Numbered from the stretch's first letter, positions 10,271-20,627 are shown. The stretch is 42,260 nt of DNA from an uncultured Nitrososphaerota archaeon (GCA_964636085.1 CAZWPQ010000003.1:67916-110175); one strand, 5' to 3'. Translations and numbers: made by a program. The notes: generated from the sequence alone by a model not told the origin.

Positions 10271-11245
10271 ATGTTGGAGATGTGGGTACTAGTTACGGGA
10301 GGCTGCGGATTCATAGGCTCTAACATAGCTAAGAGGTTATTGGAAAGGGGGTATAATGTGATAGTTCTGGATAACTATTTTCTAGGCACAAGAAAAAATG
10401 TCAAAATACTAGAGGCCCAATATGGCGACAAAATAAATGTTGTAGATGGTGATGTAAGAAATTTTGAGTTATTATCGTCCATAATGAGAAAATGTGACTA
10501 TGTGATCCACGAGGCCGCCTTATCATCAGCCCCGATGTTTAACAAGGACCCCCGCGAGGGGATTCACGTCAATATATGCGGCTTTGCAAATGTTCTAGAA
10601 TTAGCTCGAAGATATGGCGTCAAAAAGGTAGTATATGCGTCAACAAGTTCGCTATATAGTGCTTTTCCGCCGCCACATAGGGAGGATCTTCCGGTAATAC
10701 CAAGAACATACTATGAATACACAATGTTCGCCAGGGAACACTTAGCTAGGATTTATTATGAGACATATGGATTAAAGAGTGTTGGCATGAGGTATTTTTC
10801 TATATATGGGCCAAATGAGCTCCACAAGCTTAGGTTTGCAAATATAATAACACAGTTCCTATGGTGTTTTCTGAAGGACAAACCGCCAATAATTTATGGG
10901 GATGGAAGCCAGACAAGAGACTTTACATATGTAGATGATGCAGCAGAAGCAACAATATTGGCTATGGAGAGTGAGGATGTGGAGTGTGAGGTATTCAATG
11001 TTGGTACTGGAGTTGAAACATCGTTCAAAGAGATTGTTAGAATTCTTCAAGATACTCTGGGGAAAGACATAGAACCCAAATATGTTCCTAATCCCATAAA
11101 AAAGTATGTTTATAGGACAAAGGCAGACACAACAAAAATACAAAAGAGTCTTGGATTTAGGGCAACAGTAGAAGTTAGGGAGGGGATAAAGAGGGTAGTA
11201 GACATATACAGTAGAGTGGTTGATGAAATACCTAATGAATGGTAG
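10271..11245 (+). CDS. NAD-dependent epimerase/dehydratase
   Basis: VTGGCGFIGS, HEAA, YASTSSLY, RYFSIYGP and GDGSQTRDF. Start probably 10271 or 10280 rather than 10244. Confidence 0.9.
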   Translation: MLEMWVLVTGGCGFIGSNIAKRLLERGYNVIVLDNYFLGTRKNVKILEAQYGDKINVVDGDVRNFELLSSIMRKCDYVIHEAALSSAPMFNKDPREGIHVNICGFANVLELARRYGVKKVVYASTSSLYSAFPPPHREDLPVIPRTYYEYTMFAREHLARIYYETYGLKSVGMRYFSIYGPNELHKLRFANIITQFLWCFLKDKPPIIYGDGSQTRDFTYVDDAAEATILAMESEDVECEVFNVGTGVETSFKEIVRILQDTLGKDIEPKYVPNPIKKYVYRTKADTTKIQKSLGFRATVEVREGIKRVVDIYSRVVDEIPNEW

Positions 11246-11256
11246 ATTTGTAAGTA

Positions 11257-13149
11257 CTATGTGGGTGTCATCGTATCCATAAATCTTTCGATTGTGTCTA
11301 TATCCCTCTTAAAGTAATAATCCCCCCTATACGGAAGATTTAAGTGTTGGAGTATTTTTTCTAGAAGTCTCCGCGTCCCAGCCCCTAAAAGTGATAAGTC
11401 GCCATTTGTTCTAAGCATAATGGCCTGTGAAGCACATAGTATCTCTGTGGCAACAATGCGCTTAATATTATCAAGCAGTATATTCAGTTTGAGGGCCGCA
11501 TTCATACCCATGCTATTCCAATCCTCTTGGTTCGCGCTAGTGGGTGTAGAATATACACTAACAGAATGAGACAACAGTGAGTTCATAGATTGTAAGGCTG
11601 AGGCAGTATATTGGGTTATCATTAATCCCGAATCGACTCCCGTTTCCTTAATTAGGAATGGCGGAAGGGATCTATTTAGGTTAGGATCCAATAGCCTAAA
11701 TATGCGACGCTCAGATAGGCCAGATATACATGACAGAGCTATGGATAAACTATCCGCAATAAATGCGAGTGGTTGTCCATGAAAATGGCCAGAAGAGTAA
11801 ACATAACATTGCTTCTCGTCACAGATTATTATGGGATTATCGGTTATGGAGTTTGCCTCTCTCAAGACAACTTCCTCAGCAAAGTCCAGGAACTTGTATA
11901 CTATACCATATATTTTTGGTGTACATCTAATGGAGTATGCGTCTTGAACATATCCGACTTCATAGTAGTGGAATAATGTCTCCTTTATTATTGAGGCATC
12001 ATCAATATTTCTGATTAGGAATATGGCGCTGTCTTTGCTGATGCTAATGTAGACTTCTGCATTATACTGGTAAAGTTTTGATTGAAGAACTCTAAACAGT
12101 TTATTGAAATCAATACCATAAAGAATAAGCCGCTGTAGTGGAATCTCAAGGTATATGTTACTCTCCTCAATTCTTAACCTAGATATAAGCTCACTTAATC
12201 TGAAATGTCTCTGTGGATCAACAACAAGTTTGCTCCCCTGAAGAATCTCCTGTATCTCCTTGGCGAATCGATAAGCATAATTATTGTTAAGTAGTCGTAT
12301 GGCCTTGGGATCAAAAGCAGTAATTATCCCTCTACTGGCCTCCATAGTTAAGCATAATGCGTATTTTGACCACTCAATAACATGTTTGGTCTTATTCAAA
12401 ACCAAAGCCAATAATCCCGTTTCTACATCTGTACCATTTATAAGAGCGATGCCCTCTTTATAGCTAAGCGATACAAGATTTGTCTCTTCATCGTAAAGGG
12501 CATCAGGATTAATAATTTTACTGAATTCTCCTTCATAATCATAACTCCTATAGAAGTCTTCTAGGTACCTCCTATAGATATCATATAGATGTTTCTTAAG
12601 CTCACTGCCCTTCAAAATTTTATCCCCCGCTCTTGCCATACCGTATCTGGAACCAACTAATGAGAGTCCTATATGGGCTAGAGGTGCTAAATCGCCCGAT
12701 GCACCAACAGAGCCGAATTGGGGTACGAGTGGAGATATATGCTCATTTAGCAATGCGCAAAATAGAACAATAATTTCGGGTCTTACTCCCGAATATCCCC
12801 GGGAAAGCATGTTGGCTCTTATAAACATCGCGGCTCTGACAATTTCATTCTCCAGAAAATCACCAAAACCTGTCGCATGGCTAAGAAGTAGTTTCTTTTG
12901 GAGGAGATTAGCCTCGTCGGCTGAAATTATTTGTGATGCGAGAGCACCAACACCTGTATTTACTCCATAAACTACTCTGCCTTCTGCAACCATTTTATCT
13001 ATATATGATCTGGCGAGTTTAAGCCTGTCGATAGCTGTCTTTGATAATTTGACTTTTGCCCTACCATAGGCCACATCTATTATGTCCCTTAGATACAGTC
13101 TCTTCGGTATAAGTATGTATGTCATAGCATCATCCCACATGATAGCCAA
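11257..13149 (-). CDS. hutH: Histidine (aromatic amino acid) ammonia-lyase with two insertions
   Basis: VYGVNTG, LLLSHA, MIO-forming GSVGASGDLAPLAH, KEGIALING, QDAYSIRC, DNP and SANQED. Confidence 0.85.
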   Translation of the reverse strand: MAIMWDDAMTYILIPKRLYLRDIIDVAYGRAKVKLSKTAIDRLKLARSYIDKMVAEGRVVYGVNTGVGALASQIISADEANLLQKKLLLSHATGFGDFLENEIVRAAMFIRANMLSRGYSGVRPEIIVLFCALLNEHISPLVPQFGSVGASGDLAPLAHIGLSLVGSRYGMARAGDKILKGSELKKHLYDIYRRYLEDFYRSYDYEGEFSKIINPDALYDEETNLVSLSYKEGIALINGTDVETGLLALVLNKTKHVIEWSKYALCLTMEASRGIITAFDPKAIRLLNNNYAYRFAKEIQEILQGSKLVVDPQRHFRLSELISRLRIEESNIYLEIPLQRLILYGIDFNKLFRVLQSKLYQYNAEVYISISKDSAIFLIRNIDDASIIKETLFHYYEVGYVQDAYSIRCTPKIYGIVYKFLDFAEEVVLREANSITDNPIIICDEKQCYVYSSGHFHGQPLAFIADSLSIALSCISGLSERRIFRLLDPNLNRSLPPFLIKETGVDSGLMITQYTASALQSMNSLLSHSVSVYSTPTSANQEDWNSMGMNAALKLNILLDNIKRIVATEILCASQAIMLRTNGDLSLLGAGTRRLLEKILQHLNLPYRGDYYFKRDIDTIERFMDTMTPT

Positions 13150-13222
13150 AATATATGGATATATTCAACATAAAGTATACATGTGTGAGGAATTATAGTA
13201 ACCTGTTTTATTCGTTCAAAAG

Positions 13223-13543
13223 ATGATGTTGATGGGGAATAATGGAGAAAAAATGAAGAAACTTACCCAAGTAAGCCCACATACACAAGTAGAGATTGTG
13301 GATATAAAGGCAGATTTATTGCTTTGCAAGAGGCTCGCTGAACTAGCATTCCTACCAGGCGAACAACTATTTGTGGTAGCGAATAATCCCAGTGGTTATG
13401 TAGTCGTGGAGTCCCAGAGAGGTAGATTCGGCTTTCCTAGGGAGATTGCGGAGAAAATATATGTAAGAGAACTATTTGTGCAGCCAAGATTTCGAGGGCA
13501 ACGCGGATATAAATACAGGTGGAGGGGAGGGATTGAGAGATGA
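13223..13543 (+). CDS. feoA: Ferrous iron transport protein A
   Basis: KRLAELAFLPGEQL...REIAEKIYV; overlaps the feoB start (ATGA). Confidence 0.85.
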   Translation: MMLMGNNGEKMKKLTQVSPHTQVEIVDIKADLLLCKRLAELAFLPGEQLFVVANNPSGYVVVESQRGRFGFPREIAEKIYVRELFVQPRFRGQRGYKYRWRGGIER

Positions 13544-15534
13544 AGACTAGTTTTATCCCAGAGGAGCTTAGAAGAGATCACATCGTGATAGCACTTGTCG
13601 GACAGCCCAATGTGGGTAAGTCAACTATATATAATCAACTTACGGGCGCATTTCAACATGTGGGGAATTGGCCCGGGAAAACGGTGGAGGTTGCGTGGAC
13701 TAAGCTTAAATTTAATAATGAGAAGATAATTCTGGTAGATCTCCCCGGTACATACACGCTATCTGGATTTACCGAGGAAGAAGAGGTAGCCATTGATTTT
13801 ATTCTCAATGAAAGGCCCGACGCTATAATTGTAATAACGGATGTTAGTGCGTTACCAAGGAACCTATATTTATTTCTACAGGTTCTTGAGATTACGCATA
13901 GGGTGGTACTAGTAGTAAACATGATGGATGAGGCGGATAGGTGGGGGATACGCATTGATTTGAACAAGATTAGAAAAAAGTTTGGTATACCAACTGTAGG
14001 TACAATAGCCATAAAGGGCGTAGGACTAAACGATATGCTGAAATTAGCTATAGAGGTTGCCAAGAATCCTCCTAGCCCGAGGAAAATAACCTATGAGGGC
14101 ATAGAAGATTATATCAATGAGATCGCTCACCTTGTGGGAGATGAGATCGGGACATATAGTCCTAGGTATGTAGCCATTAGAATAATGGAGGGTGATGTAA
14201 CACTACTGGAAAGCCTACCCGATGACGTCAAAGCAAAAGTGTCTGGAGTTCTGGATAGGATGAGGTTTAGGTTTAAGAGAGACCCGAGACTGATAATTGC
14301 TTCGGAGAGATACAGGCTTATAGATGAGATACTCTTGGATACATTCACAAGGAAAAGATTGGTTGATAGACTAACTGAACGATTTGATGAGATCTTCTTT
14401 AAGAGGGGACTAGATATAATATTATCATTCATAATCTTATTTGCGACATTTTTTGTTGCCTACAATATTGGGTATTATTTCACAGAAATTTTTGACACCC
14501 TACTCGGCCATATTTCTGATAAACTCTCAAACATGTTGGAGGGGAGAGTACCGACTTGGAGTCATAGTCTTATAATAGAGGGGGTACTAGGCGGCGTAAT
14601 TTTTGCCTTGACTTTTCTTCCATTGATATTCATATTTACGATGACGTTATCATTTATTGAAAACTTGGGTATTTTGGCAAGAATTTCCCTAGCGTTGGAT
14701 AGATTCTTTTCGAGATTTGATGCGTCGGGGAAATCCTTCTTTCCCATGGTTATGGGGCTAGCGTGTAATGTTATCTCTGTGGCCTCCTCAAGAGTAGTCC
14801 CGTCGAAAAAGGAGAAATTAAGAGTAATGGTGGTGAGCCAGTTTATTCAGTGCCCGCCAAGGCAGGTAGTGATAGCACTTATCCTAGGCCTTCTCTTTCC
14901 ACCAATTATAGCATCGATATTATTTGGCTTCTTCGTAATTTTTGGTTTTGCACTAGCATTAATCCTATTCCGAGTACTTAAAATACTTGAGGGCCCAGCA
15001 CGAGAAGAAGTACCAATAGAGCTCCCGCCTTACAGGATTCCGTCAATCAAAATATTATCCAAGATATCATGGAATAGAACCATTGTATTCATAAAGAGGG
15101 CGGGCCTGTTAATAGTTATTGCCAATATAATGCTCTGGATACTTTCTAATGTGCCCCCAAATAAGCCGATGGAGCAATCCCTATTAGGCATCATAGGAAA
15201 GTATATATCCATAATATTCAGACCAATAGGTCTAGGCTGGAAGGAGACAATCGCCCTAATAGCGGGCCTAGCCGCCAAGGAAATAACGTTGGGAACATTA
15301 GAATTTCTATATGGCGACATTGGAAATATGGTGAGTGGTGCATTATACAGTATACCATCCCTAATAGCGTTCCTGACGATATATGCATACTATGTTCCAT
15401 GTATCGCAACAATGTCGGCTATAAAAATAGAGAGTGGGTCCTGGAGATATATGATAAGAGCTATAATGATAAGCCTGCTGGTCGCTATATCGCTTGGCTA
15501 TTTAGTTTATGGAATACTAAGATTAATAACATAA
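13540..15534 (+). CDS. feoB: Ferrous iron transport protein B
   Basis: GQPNVGKS, VGNWPGKTVE, DLPGTY and NMMD, followed by a polytopic domain with GLAC, ELPPY, AAKE and YVPCIAT. Confidence 0.95.
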   Translation: MKTSFIPEELRRDHIVIALVGQPNVGKSTIYNQLTGAFQHVGNWPGKTVEVAWTKLKFNNEKIILVDLPGTYTLSGFTEEEEVAIDFILNERPDAIIVITDVSALPRNLYLFLQVLEITHRVVLVVNMMDEADRWGIRIDLNKIRKKFGIPTVGTIAIKGVGLNDMLKLAIEVAKNPPSPRKITYEGIEDYINEIAHLVGDEIGTYSPRYVAIRIMEGDVTLLESLPDDVKAKVSGVLDRMRFRFKRDPRLIIASERYRLIDEILLDTFTRKRLVDRLTERFDEIFFKRGLDIILSFIILFATFFVAYNIGYYFTEIFDTLLGHISDKLSNMLEGRVPTWSHSLIIEGVLGGVIFALTFLPLIFIFTMTLSFIENLGILARISLALDRFFSRFDASGKSFFPMVMGLACNVISVASSRVVPSKKEKLRVMVVSQFIQCPPRQVVIALILGLLFPPIIASILFGFFVIFGFALALILFRVLKILEGPAREEVPIELPPYRIPSIKILSKISWNRTIVFIKRAGLLIVIANIMLWILSNVPPNKPMEQSLLGIIGKYISIIFRPIGLGWKETIALIAGLAAKEITLGTLEFLYGDIGNMVSGALYSIPSLIAFLTIYAYYVPCIATMSAIKIESGSWRYMIRAIMISLLVAISLGYLVYGILRLIT

Positions 15535-15618
15535 TAAACATTCAGTTGTATAGTGTTTTATTTTACAGTAGTTTTCAGAGTATTGTTTATCATAATGTAG
15601 TGGGAACATGAGGGGAGA

Positions 15619-17223
15619 TTGTTGCCGTTAATGGATGATGCATATTGGTCCGCAATAAAGCTTATATTGTTTCCAAAATTTTCGACCGTGTTTGATATTT
15701 ATAGATTGGTTAAAAATTGTGATAAAGATCCTCGAGAACTTTTAAAATCAAGAAACATTGAGAATCTCGACTTACACAAGAAACTCATTTGTCTAGCAAT
15801 CTCTAGATTCAGACCTATAATAAGACGGAGAGGCGGGATAATAATTGTTAGGGAGCAGGACATTAGGCATTGGATTGATACGTCATTATCAATAATTGAA
15901 ACATTGATAGGTCTTGATGAGAATGAATTCGCGAAGGCTATGACCAGGAACTTTATAAGTACATATTTCTATCTCTTGACTGTTTATGCATTATGGAGGG
16001 ACGCTTCTCCTGCTACCCGCAAATTTTTGATGATAGGCAAATTTGAAGATAAGGCTCTAGAGGCACTATTAGAAGTGATATCGGAGGCTAGGATGAAGAA
16101 AGTGCTCGAAAAATTGGACATGGAGGACGAGTTTGGCTTCTCATTGGCTACCTATGCGTACTCACTATCAGTAGCTTTTAGTTTTTCTGGTAGGAAAGAA
16201 AAGCTTGAGGAAAAACTTGGTGGAATACTCTCATTTAGGGAGGATATAGACGCTATAATTGAAAAGCTGAAAGACTACGAAGGCAAGAACATGGAGTCGA
16301 TAAGACAGATAATTAGCGATGTAGTATATCTTGTAGGCAACATGGTGAAAATCTCGGTGGATAATAAGGATCTAAGGAACAGTATCGCTAGGTCTTTCGG
16401 TAGAATTTCGGAGTTTATCTCTAGACATGATTATCTAAACAAGGATATTGTCTGGAATGTGACAAAATTCGTGGTTAGTGCTATGCGTTACTTACTAGAT
16501 GGTCAGATAGAAAATTTTTTTGAAGCATTTAGGGAATGCGGTAAATTAATTCTAATGGAGAAGATATCGAGTGTAAAGATTAGTGAAAGGCTCATATTTA
16601 GAGTCCTTCCAGAAATTCAAGCATTCATACCTACTCTAGTTTCCGTACCAATAAATCTCTCAGACACGCTCACATCAATATCACCTAACCACTTGCTTAA
16701 TGACCTGATAAGTGAGGTTTTGGGGTGTTTTCTTGAGACAAAAATGGCCTTGGCCTCCATGTTAATTGTTGATTTAGATGATCTGTACAAGAGTATGAGT
16801 GGCTTAATATCGGATCCTCTAGCATCGGTACCCATGATATTTGTCGTGGGCGCACCCTCAGCATGGCTTCTGGAGACGGCAATTACAATCAGTGGTATGG
16901 ACCAACAGAGACAGAAAATAACGTTGGAGAAGACTATTAAGGTGTTAGGGATGTATATAAAAATGTTGCTGGATATTACCAAGGATCTAATTCATGGGCC
17001 ACTGGACTTTAGTATAGGGCGAAAAATAGGGGCGTCACACCTACTAAGGGAAGTTACCTTTCTGACTCTTAGGTTATCTGAGGAGGTAATAAAAATAATT
17101 AAGTCGATTCCTGGCGGCAAGAGATTCTTGAATATCATTGATGAGGCAACCAAAGTAATCGAGGAAATATATGGCAGGGGCAGAATAGTCCAAGAAGAAA
17201 AAATAGAGGAACTAATAGTATAG
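15619..17223 (+). CDS. Hypothetical protein, predicted mostly alpha-helical
   Basis: 534-codon ORF with a GAGGGGAG RBS; no recognised motif. Confidence 0.65.
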   Translation: MLPLMDDAYWSAIKLILFPKFSTVFDIYRLVKNCDKDPRELLKSRNIENLDLHKKLICLAISRFRPIIRRRGGIIIVREQDIRHWIDTSLSIIETLIGLDENEFAKAMTRNFISTYFYLLTVYALWRDASPATRKFLMIGKFEDKALEALLEVISEARMKKVLEKLDMEDEFGFSLATYAYSLSVAFSFSGRKEKLEEKLGGILSFREDIDAIIEKLKDYEGKNMESIRQIISDVVYLVGNMVKISVDNKDLRNSIARSFGRISEFISRHDYLNKDIVWNVTKFVVSAMRYLLDGQIENFFEAFRECGKLILMEKISSVKISERLIFRVLPEIQAFIPTLVSVPINLSDTLTSISPNHLLNDLISEVLGCFLETKMALASMLIVDLDDLYKSMSGLISDPLASVPMIFVVGAPSAWLLETAITISGMDQQRQKITLEKTIKVLGMYIKMLLDITKDLIHGPLDFSIGRKIGASHLLREVTFLTLRLSEEVIKIIKSIPGGKRFLNIIDEATKVIEEIYGRGRIVQEEKIEELIV

Positions 17224-17268
17224 ATAAGATATTTAAAAAACATATCCCCTACGTGACATATAGCTATG

Positions 17269-17412
17269 CCCCCCTTTGGACAGGGGGAGAATAATGGTTG
17301 TACATGATTGTATCATTACTTTGTCAAAAAGGAAGACAGTGTCAAGGTGATAACACATAGAGATACCCCCGCTTCAGGACGAAACTGAGGGATCAACTGT
17401 CAAGTGGGGGTA
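17269..17412. other. GC-rich inverted repeats in a long intergenic region (possible structured RNA)
   Basis: CCCCCT(17270-75)/AGGGGG(17282-87) hairpin, and an 11-bp stem TACCCCCGCTT(17364-74)/AAGTGGGGGTA(17402-12) with one G-U pair. Confidence 0.4.
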
Positions 17413-17636
17413 GAACTTTTGAAGTTAACTATATTAAAACAAATTATCTCTAACTCTTGATATCGCTGTTTACAAAAAGTGCGCTGTAGTCGGTAGCATC
17501 AGAAGCGATTGTTTGATTGGGAATAAGCGAAAAAAGGGATAGATGATTTTAGAAAAATACAATCTAAGGAGGTACTCCGAATCAAATTTAAAAATATTTA
17601 ATTTATTTACATTTCATAATATTGGATTAAGATTCC

Positions 17637-19241
17637 TTGGGTACTAAGTTGTATAAAGTAGCAATAATAACTGTATTAATGTCGATGATGGTAATAATAG
17701 CAGGGACATCTAGAGCTAGCCAATATACGTATTCCTCTATGCATAATGATAGCTTCACCACTTCTTCTTCGTCAGCATCGATATCCTTAGTTTCTCATCT
17801 AAAACCTCTTTATTCTGTTCCTCCTGGGATTGGTCTAAATGAAACAAGCACAGTTACTGTTACTAACCATGGTAGCGATGCATTGAATATATCCGTATCA
17901 TGCCAAATAACTCCTCACGATCCTACTGGTAGCATCTCTGTTAATCTTTCGCCACGCTTGTTTATTCTCCCTCCTTATTCATCTTTTGATGTTTCTGTGG
18001 CTTTAACTATAAGTCCAGATGTCGTTCCAGGCACATCCTATAATATTACTATTTATGCAAGAGCTAAGTTTGAGGGTGATAAGGGTAATGTTATAGAAGT
18101 AACAAGCGCAACATCGCCGACGGTAATTGTTGTAGGGGAGCATAGCTATAAACTAACGATTATAGTAAATCAGCCTGATGGTTCTCCAACAAGGGGAACA
18201 ATAAAAGTTAGCTATTACTATATGGGTCAATATGTCCCAATATATGAAATATTTGCACATAGGTATACCTTCTATGTGATCGAGGGAAAGTACCTAGTTG
18301 AGGCCTATCTGGGTGGCATGAGGAGGGTATATAGAGAGCTTGACATCAATAGCGACGTCACAATTGAACTAAAATTCTCTACCATAGTAATAAAGGATAT
18401 ATCTCCCGTATCAAAGCCTAGGTCTCCATATGATTCGTTTATATTCATGGTAGATATAGTTAATGAGGATCCACTAATCTATAAGAAAATAATAGCCGTA
18501 ACGGCCAGCATATCCCATGCTGGGGAAGTTCTAGTAAATAATGAATCTATAGCTGAGCTCACAATCAGAAGCAGTGTACGAAAAAGTATCTATGGATTTA
18601 TTCCTGCACCTGAAGACGGATGGGAAAATGGTACATATAGTTTGACCGTAATGATAATCAGTAGGGGGGTCATACTTTATAACCACACAATAAGCATTCC
18701 TTTTGAAGTATCTCCCTATGCTGGTGTCGAGAAAATAGCAAAATTACCATTCAAATATCTCCTGATTATAGTAATAATTGGTATTCTCTTTGGCTTCATA
18801 GGGGCTAAAATAGGAGTAAAGAGAATTGGAAGAGAATATATTCCAAAAGCAGTTGGATTAATATATGGTGGGAGAATCGTTGCATATAATGTATGGGATA
18901 AAGAATTTACAAGGCCAGAATTGATAAGCGGCGAATGGCAGAAGATTATGTATGGGTTTAATGTACTATCAAAGAGGTATTGGAGAAAGAAAGAGAAACC
19001 ACTACCAATAACACTCGCCTTAAACTCGGAGAAATGGATATTCTGTCCCCTTGCTCAAGATCTAGGATATTTCATATGTGTCCATGCGGCTCTAAACGAG
19101 TATGACATTAGGGAAGCACTCGCCTATCTAAAGCAATACTTTAGTAAAAAGATACAACGCTATGGTATAAGGGACATATTTAATAGGCCTGTGGAAACAC
19201 TTGGTGATATATATAACAAGATAAAAGAACTATTCCTCTAG
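17637..19241 (+). CDS. Single-pass membrane protein with Ig-like ectodomains; paralogue of 5780..7465
   Basis: Signal peptide, beta-sandwich motifs (VTVTNHGS, LSPRLFILPP, VVPGTSYNITI), TM YLLIIVIIGILFGFIGA, and motifs shared with 5780..7465. Confidence 0.75.
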   Translation: MGTKLYKVAIITVLMSMMVIIAGTSRASQYTYSSMHNDSFTTSSSSASISLVSHLKPLYSVPPGIGLNETSTVTVTNHGSDALNISVSCQITPHDPTGSISVNLSPRLFILPPYSSFDVSVALTISPDVVPGTSYNITIYARAKFEGDKGNVIEVTSATSPTVIVVGEHSYKLTIIVNQPDGSPTRGTIKVSYYYMGQYVPIYEIFAHRYTFYVIEGKYLVEAYLGGMRRVYRELDINSDVTIELKFSTIVIKDISPVSKPRSPYDSFIFMVDIVNEDPLIYKKIIAVTASISHAGEVLVNNESIAELTIRSSVRKSIYGFIPAPEDGWENGTYSLTVMIISRGVILYNHTISIPFEVSPYAGVEKIAKLPFKYLLIIVIIGILFGFIGAKIGVKRIGREYIPKAVGLIYGGRIVAYNVWDKEFTRPELISGEWQKIMYGFNVLSKRYWRKKEKPLPITLALNSEKWIFCPLAQDLGYFICVHAALNEYDIREALAYLKQYFSKKIQRYGIRDIFNRPVETLGDIYNKIKELFL

Positions 19242-19366
19242 CCGTCAGTATGCAAAAAAATGCAGGTCAACACAAATACTGAGAGGAACACGATATGTGG
19301 CAATAAAAAAGTAGCAATTTTTAAAAAGTTTTTTCTCTAATGATTAATTAGATATACTGGTGGTCT

Positions 19367-20395
19367 ATGTTGCGCAAGATCGTCCCTATATTATTGGCCG
19401 CAATGTTCGTGGTCATGGGCATAACAGTGTTCAACATAACACGGCAAGATAAACAGAACCTTTCTGGTGAGCTCTGGGTAAAGCGCTCACCACAGATCAC
19501 ATCAATTACACTCTACGACAATGATAATGGTGACCTATCATCGCCAGTCCCAACTGACGAGCTAACACCATTTGATGAGATGACTCTAGTCATAAATATA
19601 ACGTTTCCAGACGATGGTTATCTGTATAGTGTAGATGTGGTATTCTACCATAACTTGGTTGGTTTGAATGCACCAGATAATACATCTCATCACGCGACTT
19701 ATCACTGGGACAGAGATATTGGCGATTGGTCAGTTTCTCCCTCTGGTACCACATGGGATGTTGATACACAGAACTCTAGTGTACCAACTGATAAGATTTC
19801 TGGTGATGACCAAATAATTCTTGTATTCACACCCAGCAAAATAGCTAGATACTCAAGTACTGGTAACTGGGTTATATATGTAAAAATTACAGATTTAGAT
19901 AATCCGACACTTCTATATGGTGAATCTGAACTCACGAGTCGTAAATGTAAGTTCTATCTCGAAATGAGTGTTGACTCTACAAACTTTGGATTTGGGTATG
20001 TGCCTCCTGGTTGCGAAAACGTATCGTTTAACTATACTGGGGGGATTAACATTACTGTTATCACAAACTACTACTGGAACTTAAAACTAAACGCTACCGG
20101 CTGGTACAATGATACTGGCCATCTTATCGTAAACTTCTCTGAATTCGACTCCTTACTTGCCGATGATGATCCGACTTGCAATGAAACAAAAGCGAGTGAG
20201 ACGGGTCTCGAACCAGTGTGGGTCAAGCCTGGCTGGTCCGACCCCAATTATCCTAGTGGCTGGTTCAACTTGGCGCCTTCCACTGATGATATTACTGGAA
20301 CATTGATCAGGTTGTATCTATTTGTAACGTTGCCCAGCGATATACCGTATGGACACTATACCACTACTTTGTCTATAATAACGGAACAGCACTGA
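19367..20395 (+). CDS. Secreted or N-anchored acidic beta-rich surface protein
   Basis: N-terminal hydrophobic helix; D/T/S/W-rich with several sequons; C-terminal LFVTLPSDIPYGHYTTTLSI. Confidence 0.7.
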   Translation: MLRKIVPILLAAMFVVMGITVFNITRQDKQNLSGELWVKRSPQITSITLYDNDNGDLSSPVPTDELTPFDEMTLVINITFPDDGYLYSVDVVFYHNLVGLNAPDNTSHHATYHWDRDIGDWSVSPSGTTWDVDTQNSSVPTDKISGDDQIILVFTPSKIARYSSTGNWVIYVKITDLDNPTLLYGESELTSRKCKFYLEMSVDSTNFGFGYVPPGCENVSFNYTGGINITVITNYYWNLKLNATGWYNDTGHLIVNFSEFDSLLADDDPTCNETKASETGLEPVWVKPGWSDPNYPSGWFNLAPSTDDITGTLIRLYLFVTLPSDIPYGHYTTTLSIITEQH

Positions 20396-20627
20396 CATAA
20401 GTATTAGCTAGGAGAGCTCTGTCTAATTATCTTATCTTTTTTCATGCATTTATCTCCTCTTCTTGAGGCATAAATCAATATTGTATTTTATGTATATGGA
20501 TAGTGCTAGAGTCTTTATATCATTGTTAGTGAATTTTTGTGGAGTTTTATGAGAGAATTCCAGTTTCTCTGTTCGCATATCCATTATTTAGATTCGGTCG
20601 CTCTCTATTTCTGTAAAATTTTGATAT

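Noticed and set aside
11950-12225. Intein in hutH
   Set aside because: No N-terminal Cys/Ser block and no His-Asn followed by Cys/Ser/Thr; too short.
17294-17350. 18-codon ORF (MVVHDCIITLSKRKTVSR) behind GGGGAG
   Set aside because: Too short to support; the apparent RBS is one arm of a hairpin.
17376-17428. Hammerhead ribozyme suggested by AGGACGAAAC...GTC
   Set aside because: The required CUGANGA core is absent; the best-placed candidate is TTGAAGT, and stem II cannot close.
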